From the NCBI GenBank assembly GCA_040255835.1, contig JBDZVT010000004.1, forward strand, positions 109,877-173,876: a stretch of 64,000 nt of DNA, given 5' to 3'. Of the stretch, positions 1 through 9,667 are shown in pieces. Under the pieces are notes generated by a model. It searched no databases and was not told the DNA's origin. It saw only the letters and a list, made by a program, of their open reading frames with translations. A program made the position numbers and the translations under genes. The DNA is from Lysobacteraceae bacterium (GTDB lineage Bacteria > Pseudomonadota > Gammaproteobacteria > Xanthomonadales > Rhodanobacteraceae). The stretch's first letter is position 1, and every line of letters starts with the position of its first letter.

Positions 1-1140
1 CCCGAGGTCGGCGCGGTGTTCCGCCAGGCGTTGTGGATCGCGCTGGGCATGGGCGTGCTGCTGTGGTTCGCGGTGCGCCACGCGGAGCCGCTGATCGACT
101 TCATCGGGGTCACGCCGAGCCTGCGCCACGACGTGCAGCGCTTCCTGCTGGCGATCAGCTGGGGCGCCCCGGCACTGACCACGTATTTCGCCCTGCGCGG
201 CCTCTCCGAAGGCCTGTCGCTGACCCGGCCGTCGATGTACTTCAGCCTCGGCGGCCTGGTGGTGTTGATCCCGCTGGGCTACGTGCTGATGTTCGGCAAG
301 CTCGGCATCCCGCCGCAAGGCGCGCACGGCTGCGGCATGGCCACCGCCACCGTGCTGTGGCTGGAGCTGCTGGCGTTCGGCATCTACGTGGCGCTGCGGC
401 GCAACTACCGCGGGCTGGGCCTGTTCGAGCGTTTCGAATGGCCGGACCTGCGCCGGATCGGCGTGCTGCTGCACATCGGGGCGCCGATGGCGGTGACCCT
501 GCTGGCCGAGGCCGGGCTGTTCGTGGCCACCGCCCTGATCATCGCCACCCTGGGCGAGTCGGTGATCGCCAGCCACCAGATCGCGATCAACATCGCCTCG
601 TTCTTCTTCATGATCCCGCTCGGCCTGGCGATGGCGATCACCGTGCGCGTGGGCAATGCGGTGGGCCGCGGCGACGAGCAGGGCGTGCGCTACGCCGGCT
701 TCTGCGGCATCGGCCTGACCCTGGCCACGCAACTGCTGTCGGCGGTGCTGATGCTGGGCCTGCCGCACTTCATCGCCGCGCTGTACACGCACGACACCCG
801 GGTGATCGCGCTGGCCGCGCAGCTGATCATGCTGGCCGGGCTGTTCCAGTTCTCCGACGGCATCCAGGTCGCGGCGAACGGCGCGCTGCGTGGCCTGAAG
901 GACACGCGCGTGCCGATGGCGATCACCTTGTTCTCGTACTGGGTGGTGGGCATGCCGGTGGGCTGGTGGCTGGCCTTCCGCCACGGCATGGGCGCGCGCG
1001 GCATGTGGATCGGGCTGATCGCCGGCCTGTCGGTGGCGGCGGTGATGCTGTTCACCCGCTTCTGGCGCAGCGCGTGGAAGCAGCGCTGGCGCGCCGCCGC
1101 CATGACCGCCGCGGCGCGACCGGTTACGCTTGACGCCTGA
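1..1140 (+). CDS. MATE family multidrug/toxic-compound efflux transporter (NorM-like), 5' end cut by window edge
   Basis: The frame of ORF 16..1140 stays open back to base 1. The product is a polytopic membrane protein with MATE-like helices and loops (GAPALTTYFALRGLSEG, QVAANGALRGLKDTRVPM). TGA at 1138-1140. Confidence 0.8.
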   Translation, partial: PEVGAVFRQALWIALGMGVLLWFAVRHAEPLIDFIGVTPSLRHDVQRFLLAISWGAPALTTYFALRGLSEGLSLTRPSMYFSLGGLVVLIPLGYVLMFGKLGIPPQGAHGCGMATATVLWLELLAFGIYVALRRNYRGLGLFERFEWPDLRRIGVLLHIGAPMAVTLLAEAGLFVATALIIATLGESVIASHQIAINIASFFFMIPLGLAMAITVRVGNAVGRGDEQGVRYAGFCGIGLTLATQLLSAVLMLGLPHFIAALYTHDTRVIALAAQLIMLAGLFQFSDGIQVAANGALRGLKDTRVPMAITLFSYWVVGMPVGWWLAFRHGMGARGMWIGLIAGLSVAAVMLFTRFWRSAWKQRWRAAAMTAAARPVTLDA

Positions 1141-1193
1141 GCGGCCGCAACCGGCCGACCCCGTTTCCAGCTCCGACCCCGGGAACCGTTTCC

Positions 1194-3059
1194 ATGCCTC
1201 CACCCCTGCCGCCACCGCCACGCCGCCGCAGTTCGCTGCAGCAGCTGCTGCACGGCATCAACCTGGTCCGGCTGATCATCATCAACCTGGTGTTCTTCGC
1301 GTTCCTGGCGATCGTGCTGATCCTGGTGGTGGCCGCTACCGCCGCCGACGAGCGCGGCGTGCTGCCGGACAGCGTGCTGGTGCTCAAGCCGCAGGGGCAA
1401 CTGGTCGAGCAGTACAGCGCCGCGCCGCTGCAACGGGCGATGTCGCGCCTGTCCGGCGAGGAGGTCAACCAGGTACAGCTGCGCGACCTGGTCGGCGCGA
1501 TCGATGCGGCGGCGAAGGATGCACGGATCAGCCGCATCCTGCTGCTGCCGGGCGATCTCGACAGCGGCGGCTTCGCGGCCTTGCGCGAGGTGGGCGCGGC
1601 ACTGGACCGGTTCCGCGCCGCCGGCAAGCCGGTGATCGCGTGGGGCGTCAACCTGGACCAGGGCCAGTACTACCTGGCCGCCCACGCCGACCGCCTGCTG
1701 CTCGACCCGCAGGGCGGCGTGATGCTCACCGGACTGGCCAACTACCGGCTGTTCTACAAGGACCTGCTGGACAAGCTCGGCGTCGACGTGCACCTGTTCC
1801 GCGTGGGCGAGTTCAAGAGCGCGGCCGAACCGTACATCCTCGACCACGCCTCGGCCGAGGCGAAGCAGGCCGACAGCTACTGGATGGGCGGCTTGTGGAA
1901 CGGCTACCTCGACGAAGTGGCGGGCTTGCGCAAGCTCGACCCGGCCACCTTGCGCGATGACGTCGACAACCTGCCGCAACACATCGCCAGCACCAGGGGC
2001 GACCTGGCCAAGCTGGCGCTGGACCAGCACCTGATCGACGGCACGGCCACCCGCGCGGAGCTGATCGCGATGCTGCGCGGCCAGGGCGTGCCGGCCGGCG
2101 ACAAGCAGCAGGGCTTCCGCCAGATCGACCTGGCGCGCTACGTCGCCAAACTGCCGGGCGAAGGCAAGCTGCTGGCACCGGGCGTGACCGTGGTGGTGGC
2201 CGAGGGCGAGATCGTCGGCGGCAAGCGCGCGCCGGGCGCGATCGGCGGCGAATCCACCGCGGCGCTGATCCGCGCTGCGCGCGAGGATCGGCGCACCAAG
2301 GCGCTGGTGCTGCGGGTGAACTCGCCCGGTGGCGAGGTCTACGCGGCCGAGGAGATCCGCCGCGAGGTGGCGCAGACCCGCGCGGCCGGCATCCCGGTAG
2401 TGGTGTCCATGGGCAACGTGGCGGCCAGCGGCGGCTACTGGATCTCGATGAACGCCAACCGGATCCTGGCCGAGCCGAACACCATCACCGGCTCGATCGG
2501 CATCTTCGGCATGTACTACACCGTGCCTGGCACCCTGGCCAAGCTCGGCATCCGCAGCGACGGCGTCGCCACCGGCCCCATGGCCGGCGCCTTCGACATC
2601 ACCCGGCCGCTGGATCCGAAGGTCGGCGCGGTGATCCAGGCCGTGATCGACAAGGGCTACCGTGACTTCGTCGGCAAGGTCGCCGAGGCGCGCGGCAAGA
2701 CCTGGCAGGCCATCGACGCGATCGCCCAGGGCCGCGTGTGGACCGGCCGCCAGGCGCTCGAGCGCGGCCTGGTCGACCGCCTCGGCGGCCTTGACGATGC
2801 GGTGGCCGAGGCCGCGACGCTGGCCAGGTTGGGCAAGGACTACCCGGTGCGTTACGAGGAGGCCCCGCTGGGCAGTTTCGAGCGCTTCCTGGTCAACCTC
2901 AACCACGACGCCAGCGCGCGGTTGCTGCAGGCCTGGGGCGTGCGCCTGCCGCGCTGGTTCGCGCAGTTGCCCGATCTGGCGCCGGAGCTGGAGCTGTTGC
3001 GCCATGCCCGGGCCGGCACGCCGAACATCTATGCCGACTGCCTGTGCAGCCCGCGCTGA
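1194..3059 (+). CDS. sppA: signal peptide peptidase SppA, 67K type
   Basis: ATG at 1194. N-terminal TM segment, then two ClpP/crotonase-like halves. Typical SppA motifs LRVNSPGGEVYAAEEI and GNVAASGGYWISMNANRILAEPNTITGSIGIFG. Confidence 0.9.
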   Translation: MPPPLPPPPRRRSSLQQLLHGINLVRLIIINLVFFAFLAIVLILVVAATAADERGVLPDSVLVLKPQGQLVEQYSAAPLQRAMSRLSGEEVNQVQLRDLVGAIDAAAKDARISRILLLPGDLDSGGFAALREVGAALDRFRAAGKPVIAWGVNLDQGQYYLAAHADRLLLDPQGGVMLTGLANYRLFYKDLLDKLGVDVHLFRVGEFKSAAEPYILDHASAEAKQADSYWMGGLWNGYLDEVAGLRKLDPATLRDDVDNLPQHIASTRGDLAKLALDQHLIDGTATRAELIAMLRGQGVPAGDKQQGFRQIDLARYVAKLPGEGKLLAPGVTVVVAEGEIVGGKRAPGAIGGESTAALIRAAREDRRTKALVLRVNSPGGEVYAAEEIRREVAQTRAAGIPVVVSMGNVAASGGYWISMNANRILAEPNTITGSIGIFGMYYTVPGTLAKLGIRSDGVATGPMAGAFDITRPLDPKVGAVIQAVIDKGYRDFVGKVAEARGKTWQAIDAIAQGRVWTGRQALERGLVDRLGGLDDAVAEAATLARLGKDYPVRYEEAPLGSFERFLVNLNHDASARLLQAWGVRLPRWFAQLPDLAPELELLRHARAGTPNIYADCLCSPR

Positions 3060-3090
3060 GCCAGCGCCGGCCCGCCTCGGGCGCGGCCGG

Positions 3091-3297
3091 CTAGTGTTCC
3101 TGCGCCTCGATCTGCTTGCGCTGCTCCTCGGCGTGCTGGTCGACCAGCTTCTGCACGTCCTTCGCGCGCTGCTCGTCCGCCTTCAGGGTATCGAAGGGCG
3201 TGCTGGCGGCGGCAGCCGGTTTGGCCTCGGGAGCGGGCGGCTTGCTCGAGCAGGCCGCCAGGGCCAGCACGCAAAACAGGATCGGCAGTGGTTTCAT
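3091..3297 (-). CDS. small lipoprotein, unknown function
   Basis: Internal ATG at 3297 gives MKPLPILFCVLALAAC with lipobox LAAC, followed by a short Lys/Glu-rich mature part. The longer track ORF (to 3384) adds an implausible Arg/Gly leader. Confidence 0.6.
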   Translation of the reverse strand: MKPLPILFCVLALAACSSKPPAPEAKPAAAASTPFDTLKADEQRAKDVQKLVDQHAEEQRKQIEAQEH

Positions 3298-3401
3298 GAA
3301 GGATTCCCCGCGAGGCGACCCGCCGAGTGTCCCGCCGCGCCGGCCATCAGGCAAGCGACCGGGGTGGCGCGCGCGTGCGGACACGTTGCTAAGCTGGCCC
3401 C

Positions 3402-4196
3402 ATGAACAGCCTCCCGTACAACCGCGCCGACGCGTGGCAACTGCGCGGGCACACCGCCCTGGTGACCGGCGCGAGCAAGGGCATCGGCCTGGCCGCGGCC
3501 CGTGAACTGGCCGGCCTCGGCGCCGACCTGCTGCTGGTGGCCCGCGACGAGGACTACCTGGAGCAGGTGCGGGGCGAACTGGGCGAGGACTTCCCCGCGG
3601 TCCGCGTGCTCGCCTGCGGCGCCGACCTGGCCGAGGCGGAGGAACGCCTGGCGGTGTTCGACTGGATCGCCGACCTGGGCGTGCCGCTGTCGCTGCTGGT
3701 CAACAACGCCGGCGGCAACCAGCCCGCCGCCACGCTGGATTACAGCGAAGAGGCCTGCCGCGCCATCTTCGAGCAGAACCTGTTCTCCGCCTTCGCGATG
3801 TGCCGTCTGGCCCATCCGCACCTGGCCCAGCACGCCAATGCGGCGATCGTCAACGTCGGCTCGGTCTCGGCGGTCACCCACGTACGTACCGGCTCGCCGT
3901 ATGGGATGAGCAAGGCGGCGCTGCACCAGCTCACCCGCAACCTGGCGGCGGAGTGGGCGGTGGACGGCATCCGCGTCAACGCGGTGGCGCCGTGGTACAT
4001 CCGCACCCAGCGCTCGGAGCCCGCGCTGGCCGACCCGGATTACCTGGACGAGGTGCTCGACCGCACGCCGTTGCGGCGGATCGGCGAGCCGGAGGAGGTC
4101 GCCGCCGCGATCGCTTTCCTGTGCCTGCCGGCTGCCAGCTACGTCACCGGCCAGGTGCTGGCGGTGGACGGGGGGTTCCTGTCCTACGGGTTCTGA
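3402..4196 (+). CDS. SDR family oxidoreductase (tropinone-reductase-like)
   Basis: ATG at 3402. TGASKGIG cofactor motif, NNAG, and the S...YxxxK triad region (YGMSKAAL). Confidence 0.85.
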   Translation: MNSLPYNRADAWQLRGHTALVTGASKGIGLAAARELAGLGADLLLVARDEDYLEQVRGELGEDFPAVRVLACGADLAEAEERLAVFDWIADLGVPLSLLVNNAGGNQPAATLDYSEEACRAIFEQNLFSAFAMCRLAHPHLAQHANAAIVNVGSVSAVTHVRTGSPYGMSKAALHQLTRNLAAEWAVDGIRVNAVAPWYIRTQRSEPALADPDYLDEVLDRTPLRRIGEPEEVAAAIAFLCLPAASYVTGQVLAVDGGFLSYGF

Positions 4197-4201
4197 GCGG
4201 A

Positions 4202-5341
4202 TCAGAACAGGTCGATGGTGCCGGCGGTCTGGCCGCGGGCGAGCGCGCCGCTGGCGTCCAGTTCCTCGTAGCCGCGCACGCCATCGCGGCCGTGCTGCTT
4301 GACGTGGTACAGCGCCTGGTCGGCACGGTCCAGGGCCACGACGGGGTAGTCGTGCGCGCCGATGCGGGAATAGCCGATGCTGATGGTGACGTGGCCGACC
4401 AGCGGGAAGGGGAAGCGGGCGACGTGCGCGCGGAAGCGCTCCAGCACGCCGTGCACGGTGGCCTCGTCGGTGGCGCTGAACAGGGCCACGAACTCCTCCC
4501 CGCCGAAGCGGAACAGCACGTCGCTGCGGCGGAAACAGGCGCGCATCTGCTGCGCCAGCAGCAGGATGACCTCGTCGCCGTAGACGTGCCCATAGGTGTC
4601 GTTGATGCGCTTGAAGTGGTCGATGTCCACGATCGCGAGCCACACCTGCGGCGTCTCGTCGGAAGGCGCCGCGCGCTGCTCGGACCCGGGCGGGAGGGCT
4701 GGCGGATACGGCCGCCGCGCCGTGTCGCGCCATTGCAGCATGCGCTGCAACTGGCGCTCCAGGCTGCGCCGGTTGTACAGGCCGGTGAGCTTGTCGTGCT
4801 CGCTTTCGTGCAGCAACGCGGTGTAGTTGGCGTAGATGCGCGCGAAGCCGTCGATCAGCGAACGGCTGCGCAACGGCGCGAGCGCGCTGTCCAGTTGCAG
4901 AGCGCCGATCGCCCGCCCCTCGCGCACGATCGGCACCAGCTGGCGGTGCAGGCCGCGCACGGTTTCGGTCTGTGCCTCGAGTCGCTGCAGGCAACGCTGC
5001 ATCGTTCCGAGCGCGGCACCCAGGTGCGCCGGCTGCAGCGGGCGCACCCGGTAGGCGCCGGCGGGGTCCGGCGAGCAGCACACCGCGCTCTCCAGCACGC
5101 TGTCCTCGGGAAAGCACTTGGCCAGCAGCACGCTGCGCGCGGCGGTGAGCTCGGCCAGGGTCAGGACCAGGCTGTGGTCGAGCGCGTCGATGTCGCGATG
5201 GTGGGTGAGCGCCGCCAGCGAATCGAGCAGGCGCCATTCATCGGGCGCCTCGATGGCCACGGGCGCCGCGGTCAGCACCTCGGCGCCGCACGGATCGGCC
5301 AGGTGCAGGCCGTCGTCATCGATGAATTCGTGCTCGGTCAC
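4202..5341 (-). CDS. diguanylate cyclase (GGDEF) with N-terminal GAF-like sensor region
   Basis: C-terminal GGDEF domain (DIDHFKRINDTYGHVYGDEVI, RFGGEEF) with an RxxD I-site (RRSD) five residues upstream. No ATG nearby. GTG at 5341 is preceded by GGGAG; the track ORF extension to 5938 overlaps the fabG-like gene and is rejected. Confidence 0.75.
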   Translation of the reverse strand: MTEHEFIDDDGLHLADPCGAEVLTAAPVAIEAPDEWRLLDSLAALTHHRDIDALDHSLVLTLAELTAARSVLLAKCFPEDSVLESAVCCSPDPAGAYRVRPLQPAHLGAALGTMQRCLQRLEAQTETVRGLHRQLVPIVREGRAIGALQLDSALAPLRSRSLIDGFARIYANYTALLHESEHDKLTGLYNRRSLERQLQRMLQWRDTARRPYPPALPPGSEQRAAPSDETPQVWLAIVDIDHFKRINDTYGHVYGDEVILLLAQQMRACFRRSDVLFRFGGEEFVALFSATDEATVHGVLERFRAHVARFPFPLVGHVTISIGYSRIGAHDYPVVALDRADQALYHVKQHGRDGVRGYEELDASGALARGQTAGTIDLF

Positions 5342-5520
5342 GGACACTCCCGGCGCCAGTCTCCCGGACGCAGGTGGCAAGGGCCCGGCTGGGTCCTCCA
5401 GTGTCGGTATCGGCTGCGCGGCGGCGGTCTTTAGCGTGCGCCCGGCGCCGGTGCGGAACACCGCTGCCCGCGGACCGCTTCGAGCGGGTCGACGGTGCGG
5501 GATGGCGCAGGCCCCGTCGC

Positions 5521-6258
5521 TCAGCCCATCCCGCCGTTCACCCCGATCACCTGGCCGTTGATGTAGCCGGCCGCATCCGAGCACAGGAACGCCACCAGTG
5601 CCGCCACTTCCTGCGGTGTGCCGGCGCGCTGGGCCGGCACCAGTTCGCGGATGCGTTCGGGCGGGAACGCCGCCTCGGCCATGCGCCCCTCGATCACGCC
5701 GGGGGCAACCACGTTGACGGTGATCCCGCGCGAGGCCATTTCGCGCGCCAGCGACTTGCTGGCGCCGTGCAGCGCGGCCTTCGCGGCGGCGTAGTTGGCC
5801 TGGCCGCGGTTGCCCAGCAGCGCGGCCACCGAGCCGATCGACACGATGCGGCCGAAACGCGCGCGCGCCATCGGCAGCAGCAGGGGCTGGGTGACGTTGA
5901 AGAAGCCGTGCAGGCTCACGTCGATCACCCGGTGCCATTGCGCGGCGCTCATCCCGGCCATCGGCGCGTCGTCGTGGATGCCGGCGTTGTTGATCACCGC
6001 GTGGATGCAGCCCTCGCCGAGCAGCATGTCCAGCGCCGCGCGGGTGACCTCCGCGTCACCGACATCGAAGGCGGTGGCCTGCGCGCTGCCGCCGCCGGCG
6101 ATGATCTCGCCGACCACCGCCTCGGCGCGGTGCAGGCTGTGGTTCGCATGCACGATGACGTGGTAGCCGGCGGTGGCGAGCGCGTGGGCGATCGCGCCGC
6201 CGAGCTCGCCGCTGCCGCCGGTGACCAGGGCGCGCCGGGTGGGAGTTGGAGCGGGCAT
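5521..6258 (-). CDS. 3-oxoacyl-ACP reductase (FabG/ApeQ-like) of the pigment locus
   Basis: TGGSGELG, NNAG, and the YAAAKAAL catalytic motif. Last gene of the minus-strand ACP-to-reductase gene string. Confidence 0.85.
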   Translation of the reverse strand: MPAPTPTRRALVTGGSGELGGAIAHALATAGYHVIVHANHSLHRAEAVVGEIIAGGGSAQATAFDVGDAEVTRAALDMLLGEGCIHAVINNAGIHDDAPMAGMSAAQWHRVIDVSLHGFFNVTQPLLLPMARARFGRIVSIGSVAALLGNRGQANYAAAKAALHGASKSLAREMASRGITVNVVAPGVIEGRMAEAAFPPERIRELVPAQRAGTPQEVAALVAFLCSDAAGYINGQVIGVNGGMG

Positions 6259-6271
6259 GGGCGACCTCGGA

Positions 6272-6706
6272 TCAGGGTTGGGGATGGATCACCGCGGCGC
6301 GGCCGCTGCACAGCAGGCGGCCGCGGTGTTCGACGCGGAACGCATACTGGGCGCCGCCGTCGTCGGCGTAGAGGCATTCGGCATGGACGTCCAGACGGCC
6401 ATCCAGATGGTCGACATATTCCACGAACAAGTCCACCTCGCGCAGGCTGACCAGCCGGCCGGGGCGCGCCGTTTCATGGCCCCGCTCGCGTGCCAGCAGT
6501 GCGCCATGCACGGCCATCGCCTGCGCACCGTACTCGGCCAGGTGCACCGCATGCAGGCCGTGTGCGCCGCGCAGCGGGTGGTCCGCGCGCGCGTGGCTGG
6601 CACTGGTGGCGTGGATCGTGCGCTCGTCCCACGCCAGCACCGCGTCGAGCAGGCACATCGCGCCCGCGTGCGGGATCAGGCGGGCCCAGTCAGTCTTGGC
6701 GAGCAT
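6272..6706 (-). CDS. hotdog-fold 3-hydroxyacyl-ACP dehydratase (ApeP-like)
   Basis: 144-aa product with the LIPHAGAMCLLD motif typical of the dedicated dehydratases in aryl-polyene/xanthomonadin loci. Its start overlaps the stop of the exporter gene by 17 nt. Confidence 0.65.
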   Translation of the reverse strand: MLAKTDWARLIPHAGAMCLLDAVLAWDERTIHATSASHARADHPLRGAHGLHAVHLAEYGAQAMAVHGALLARERGHETARPGRLVSLREVDLFVEYVDHLDGRLDVHAECLYADDGGAQYAFRVEHRGRLLCSGRAAVIHPQP

Positions 6707-9008
6707 GCGGTGCCATCAGGATCGACAGGCAGAAGTGGAACGCCACGCCCAGGCTCACCGTGAGCCCGATCGCACGCAGCACCGGGATCGTCGCCCACGC
6801 CAGCATGCCGAACACCAGCAGCGCGGACAGCACGCAGACCACGGTGGCGTGCAGGGTGCGCCGCTGCTCGGCGGGGTCGCCGGTGTCGCGCTCGAAGAAC
6901 AGCGCGTAATGCAGGCCCAGCCCGCCGGCGAGGATCAGCGCGACCAGGTGGAACAGCGAGATCTCGATGCCGGCCACGCGCTCGACCGCCAGCACCAGGA
7001 AGGTGGCCAGCGTCATCGGCGCCAGCACGTGCCAGGCGCGGCGCGCACTGCGCAGCGCGATCGAGATGGTAAGCACCAGCAACAGCGCAGCGGCCAGCAG
7101 CGCCTGCAGGATGCGCGTGCGGTAGGCGGCCACCAGCGATTCGGAGGCGGCCTTGAGATCGAGCAGATGCACCGCGCCGCCGCGATCCGCACCCAGCGTC
7201 TGCAGCGCGGCGACGTCGTGCACGCCGCTGACCGTGGCCAGGCCGAGCCAGTGGCCATCGCGGCGCACCAGCATCGCGGTCAGGCGCTGACCCAGTGGTG
7301 TCTGCGCGTAGCGCTCGGGCGTCAACGGCGGCAGCGCGCGTGCGGTTTCCACGTCGTCGACGAACGGCTGGAACAGGTCGGCGCGGAACGGCATGCCCTG
7401 CAGCGCCCCCGCCAGCGCCTGTTCGAGCGTGGCGCGATCGGGCAACTGCTGCTGTCGCGCGCGTTGCTGTGCCACGGTGGGCAGATAGCGCGAAGGCAAC
7501 TCGATCGCGTCGACCGCGTGCCGCGCGACCAGCGCGTCGGCCTGCGGCTGCAGCGATTGCGACAGCGCCAGCACGCCCTGTTCGGTGGGCGCCTGCAGCA
7601 CCAGCAGGTAGCGCACGTCGGGCGCACCCAGCGCCTCGCGCAGGCGGGCATCGTGCTGCAGCAACGCGGTCGGCACCGGCGTCAGTGCGGCCAGGTTGTT
7701 CTGCCAGAACGGCCCCGGCGCCAGCGCCAGCATCGCCGCGGTCGCCAGCGCCACCAGCAACGGTACCCAGCGCGGGCGCGGCAGATGGTCCAGCCAGTCG
7801 CGGGCGAGGATCAGCCAGCCCATCGCGGCAACGTCGCGCACCCGCCGGGGCAGCAGGTGCGGCAGCAGGTAGCGCGTGCTCAACCCCGCCACCAGCAGAC
7901 CCACGATGGTGAACACGGCCAGTTGCTGCAGGCCGGCGACGCCGGAGGCGTAGAACGCCAGGTAGGCGATGCAGGCCGAGGCGATCGCGGTGAGCAGCAG
8001 CGGCCACAGGTCGCGCACGCTGTCCAGGGCATCCTCGCCGGCGCGGCGGTGGCTGAGCACGCGGATCGGGTATTCCTGCGCCACGCCAAGCAGGGTGAAG
8101 CCGAAGGCCAGGGTGATCCCGTGGACTTCGCCGAAGGCCAGCGTCAGCGCGGCGATGCCGGCCAGCGCCGCGCTGGCGATCGGCAGCGCGGACAGCAGCA
8201 GCGAGCCGACGCTGCGGTAGGCCAGCAACAGCAGGGCGATGAAGCCGACCGTGGAGACCCGTCCGATCCAGTCCGCCTGGTGCCGCGTCTGCGCGCCGAT
8301 CAGCACGCTGAAGTAGCCGGGGCCGCTCAGTTCCAGGTGCGCGCCGGCGCTGCCGGGCAATGCGTGGAACGCCTGGCGGATGCCGTCGATCGCCTGCTCC
8401 TGCGCGCCGGGGTCGAAGCCGGCGGCGACGGTCTGTACCAGCAGCAGCGCTTCGTGTCGCGGCGTGAACCACATGCCGTCGCGCAGTTCGGGCGATTTCG
8501 CCGGCGCCCAGCGCTCGGCCAGCTTCAGCGTTTCCAGCGTGGGGTCGAGCGGCAGCAGGCTCTTCAGCAGGCTGGCGGCCGGCGAAGACAGGTCATCCAG
8601 CCGCTGTTGCAATTGGTCGGCCAGGTAGGCCTCGTCTAGCGGTTGCGTGTCCAGCGTGGGCGAAAGCAGGTAGCGATACGGCAGCAGCTGCGGATCGAGC
8701 GAGGACAGGTCGAAGCTTCCGTTGAGCACCTGGCTGTAGCGCGCGTCCTTCTTCAACGCGGTGGCGAGCCCCTGGCTCAACGCGGCCAGGGGCGCGTCGG
8801 AAGGTCCTGAAATCGTCAGCAGCAGCAGACGCGATCCCGGGCCCTCACCCACCTGCTCCATCAGCAGGCGCTGGTCCGGCGTGGTCGGCGCGGGCATGAA
8901 GCTGCGCAGGTCGGTGCTCACCTTGAGGCGCTGGGCGACCACCCAGCCGAGCCCGGCGAGCACCAGCAGCCAGGCGACCAGCAGCGTGGCGCGGGCGCCG
9001 CGGCGCAT
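6690..9008 (-). CDS. MMPL/RND-superfamily exporter (ApeM-like)
   Basis: About 770 aa with two 6-TM bundles and large periplasmic loops. ATG at 9008 sits 2 nt after the LolA-like stop (TGAACATG); the track start at 9029 is a GTG alternative. Confidence 0.8.
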   Translation of the reverse strand: MRRGARATLLVAWLLVLAGLGWVVAQRLKVSTDLRSFMPAPTTPDQRLLMEQVGEGPGSRLLLLTISGPSDAPLAALSQGLATALKKDARYSQVLNGSFDLSSLDPQLLPYRYLLSPTLDTQPLDEAYLADQLQQRLDDLSSPAASLLKSLLPLDPTLETLKLAERWAPAKSPELRDGMWFTPRHEALLLVQTVAAGFDPGAQEQAIDGIRQAFHALPGSAGAHLELSGPGYFSVLIGAQTRHQADWIGRVSTVGFIALLLLAYRSVGSLLLSALPIASAALAGIAALTLAFGEVHGITLAFGFTLLGVAQEYPIRVLSHRRAGEDALDSVRDLWPLLLTAIASACIAYLAFYASGVAGLQQLAVFTIVGLLVAGLSTRYLLPHLLPRRVRDVAAMGWLILARDWLDHLPRPRWVPLLVALATAAMLALAPGPFWQNNLAALTPVPTALLQHDARLREALGAPDVRYLLVLQAPTEQGVLALSQSLQPQADALVARHAVDAIELPSRYLPTVAQQRARQQQLPDRATLEQALAGALQGMPFRADLFQPFVDDVETARALPPLTPERYAQTPLGQRLTAMLVRRDGHWLGLATVSGVHDVAALQTLGADRGGAVHLLDLKAASESLVAAYRTRILQALLAAALLLVLTISIALRSARRAWHVLAPMTLATFLVLAVERVAGIEISLFHLVALILAGGLGLHYALFFERDTGDPAEQRRTLHATVVCVLSALLVFGMLAWATIPVLRAIGLTVSLGVAFHFCLSILMAPHARQD

Positions 9009-9010
9009 GT

Positions 9011-9667
9011 TCAGGGGGAACCCTGGCACAGGGCCTGCAGGCCCGTGCGGGTGGGCTGCGCCGGCATCCGCGCGGCCAGCGGACCGAGCAGGTCCACCGC
9101 CAGATCACCGTCGGCCTCCTCCATGTGCATGCAGCGCGGCTGGTTGCCCGCGCCGTCGATGCGGATGCGCGCCACGGTCCTTGCCACGCGGGCGTCGCGC
9201 GGCACCAGGGTCAGCGTCCATGCGCCGGCGGCGTCGCCCTCGTGGCGTATCTCGAACGCCTGCTGCAGGCGGCCGGCGTCACCGCCGAGCAGGGCCGCGA
9301 AGCTGTCCAGCAGCACCTGCAGTTGCGGCGCGCGCTTGAGCGAGAAGTGCCGCGGCGGCTTGCCTTCGCGTTGCTGGGTCACCTCGCCGTCGGCGATCGT
9401 CGCGGTTTCCGCGCGCGGGTGCTCGACGCGCCGCTGCAGGCGGTCGCCGCCGAGCCAGGACAATTGCCCGGAGACCACCAGCGGGCGATCCAGCACCTGG
9501 AGGAAACGCGCCTCGGCGAAGGCGGTGTGCGCCGGGGCCGGCTGGCGCAGGGCGGCGATCACCGCGTGCGCCGAACTCGTCGCTGCGGCCGGTTCAGACG
9601 CCCACGTGGTGGCCGCCCAGTACGGGAGCAGCAGGCTCAGCAGCAGGCGCGTCTTGCCAGAAATCAT
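9011..9667 (-). CDS. LolA-like outer-membrane lipoprotein carrier family protein (ApeL-like)
   Basis: ATG at 9667 gives signal peptide MISGKTRLLLSLLLPYWAATTWA. The mature part resembles LolA-fold proteins found beside MMPL exporters in aryl-polyene loci. Upstream part of the track ORF is rejected. Confidence 0.6.
   Translation of the reverse strand: MISGKTRLLLSLLLPYWAATTWASEPAAATSSAHAVIAALRQPAPAHTAFAEARFLQVLDRPLVVSGQLSWLGGDRLQRRVEHPRAETATIADGEVTQQREGKPPRHFSLKRAPQLQVLLDSFAALLGGDAGRLQQAFEIRHEGDAAGAWTLTLVPRDARVARTVARIRIDGAGNQPRCMHMEEADGDLAVDLLGPLAARMPAQPTRTGLQALCQGSP

Noticed and set aside
690-3005. A 771-codon minus-strand ORF.
   Set aside because: It is antisense to the MATE and sppA genes, with no motifs and an Arg/Ala/Gly-rich composition.
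4202-5938. A 578-codon version of the GGDEF gene starting at 5938.
   Set aside because: The N-terminal 190+ codons overlap the fabG-like gene in another frame and are Arg/Pro/Gly-rich. A GTG with an upstream GGGAG at 5341 gives a sensible sensor-GGDEF protein.
6606-8639. A 677-codon plus-strand ORF and a 598-codon alternative minus-strand frame (6676..8472) inside the exporter gene.
   Set aside because: The frame 6690..9008 gives a coherent MMPL-type membrane protein. The others are Arg/Gln/Gly-rich with no helices or motifs.
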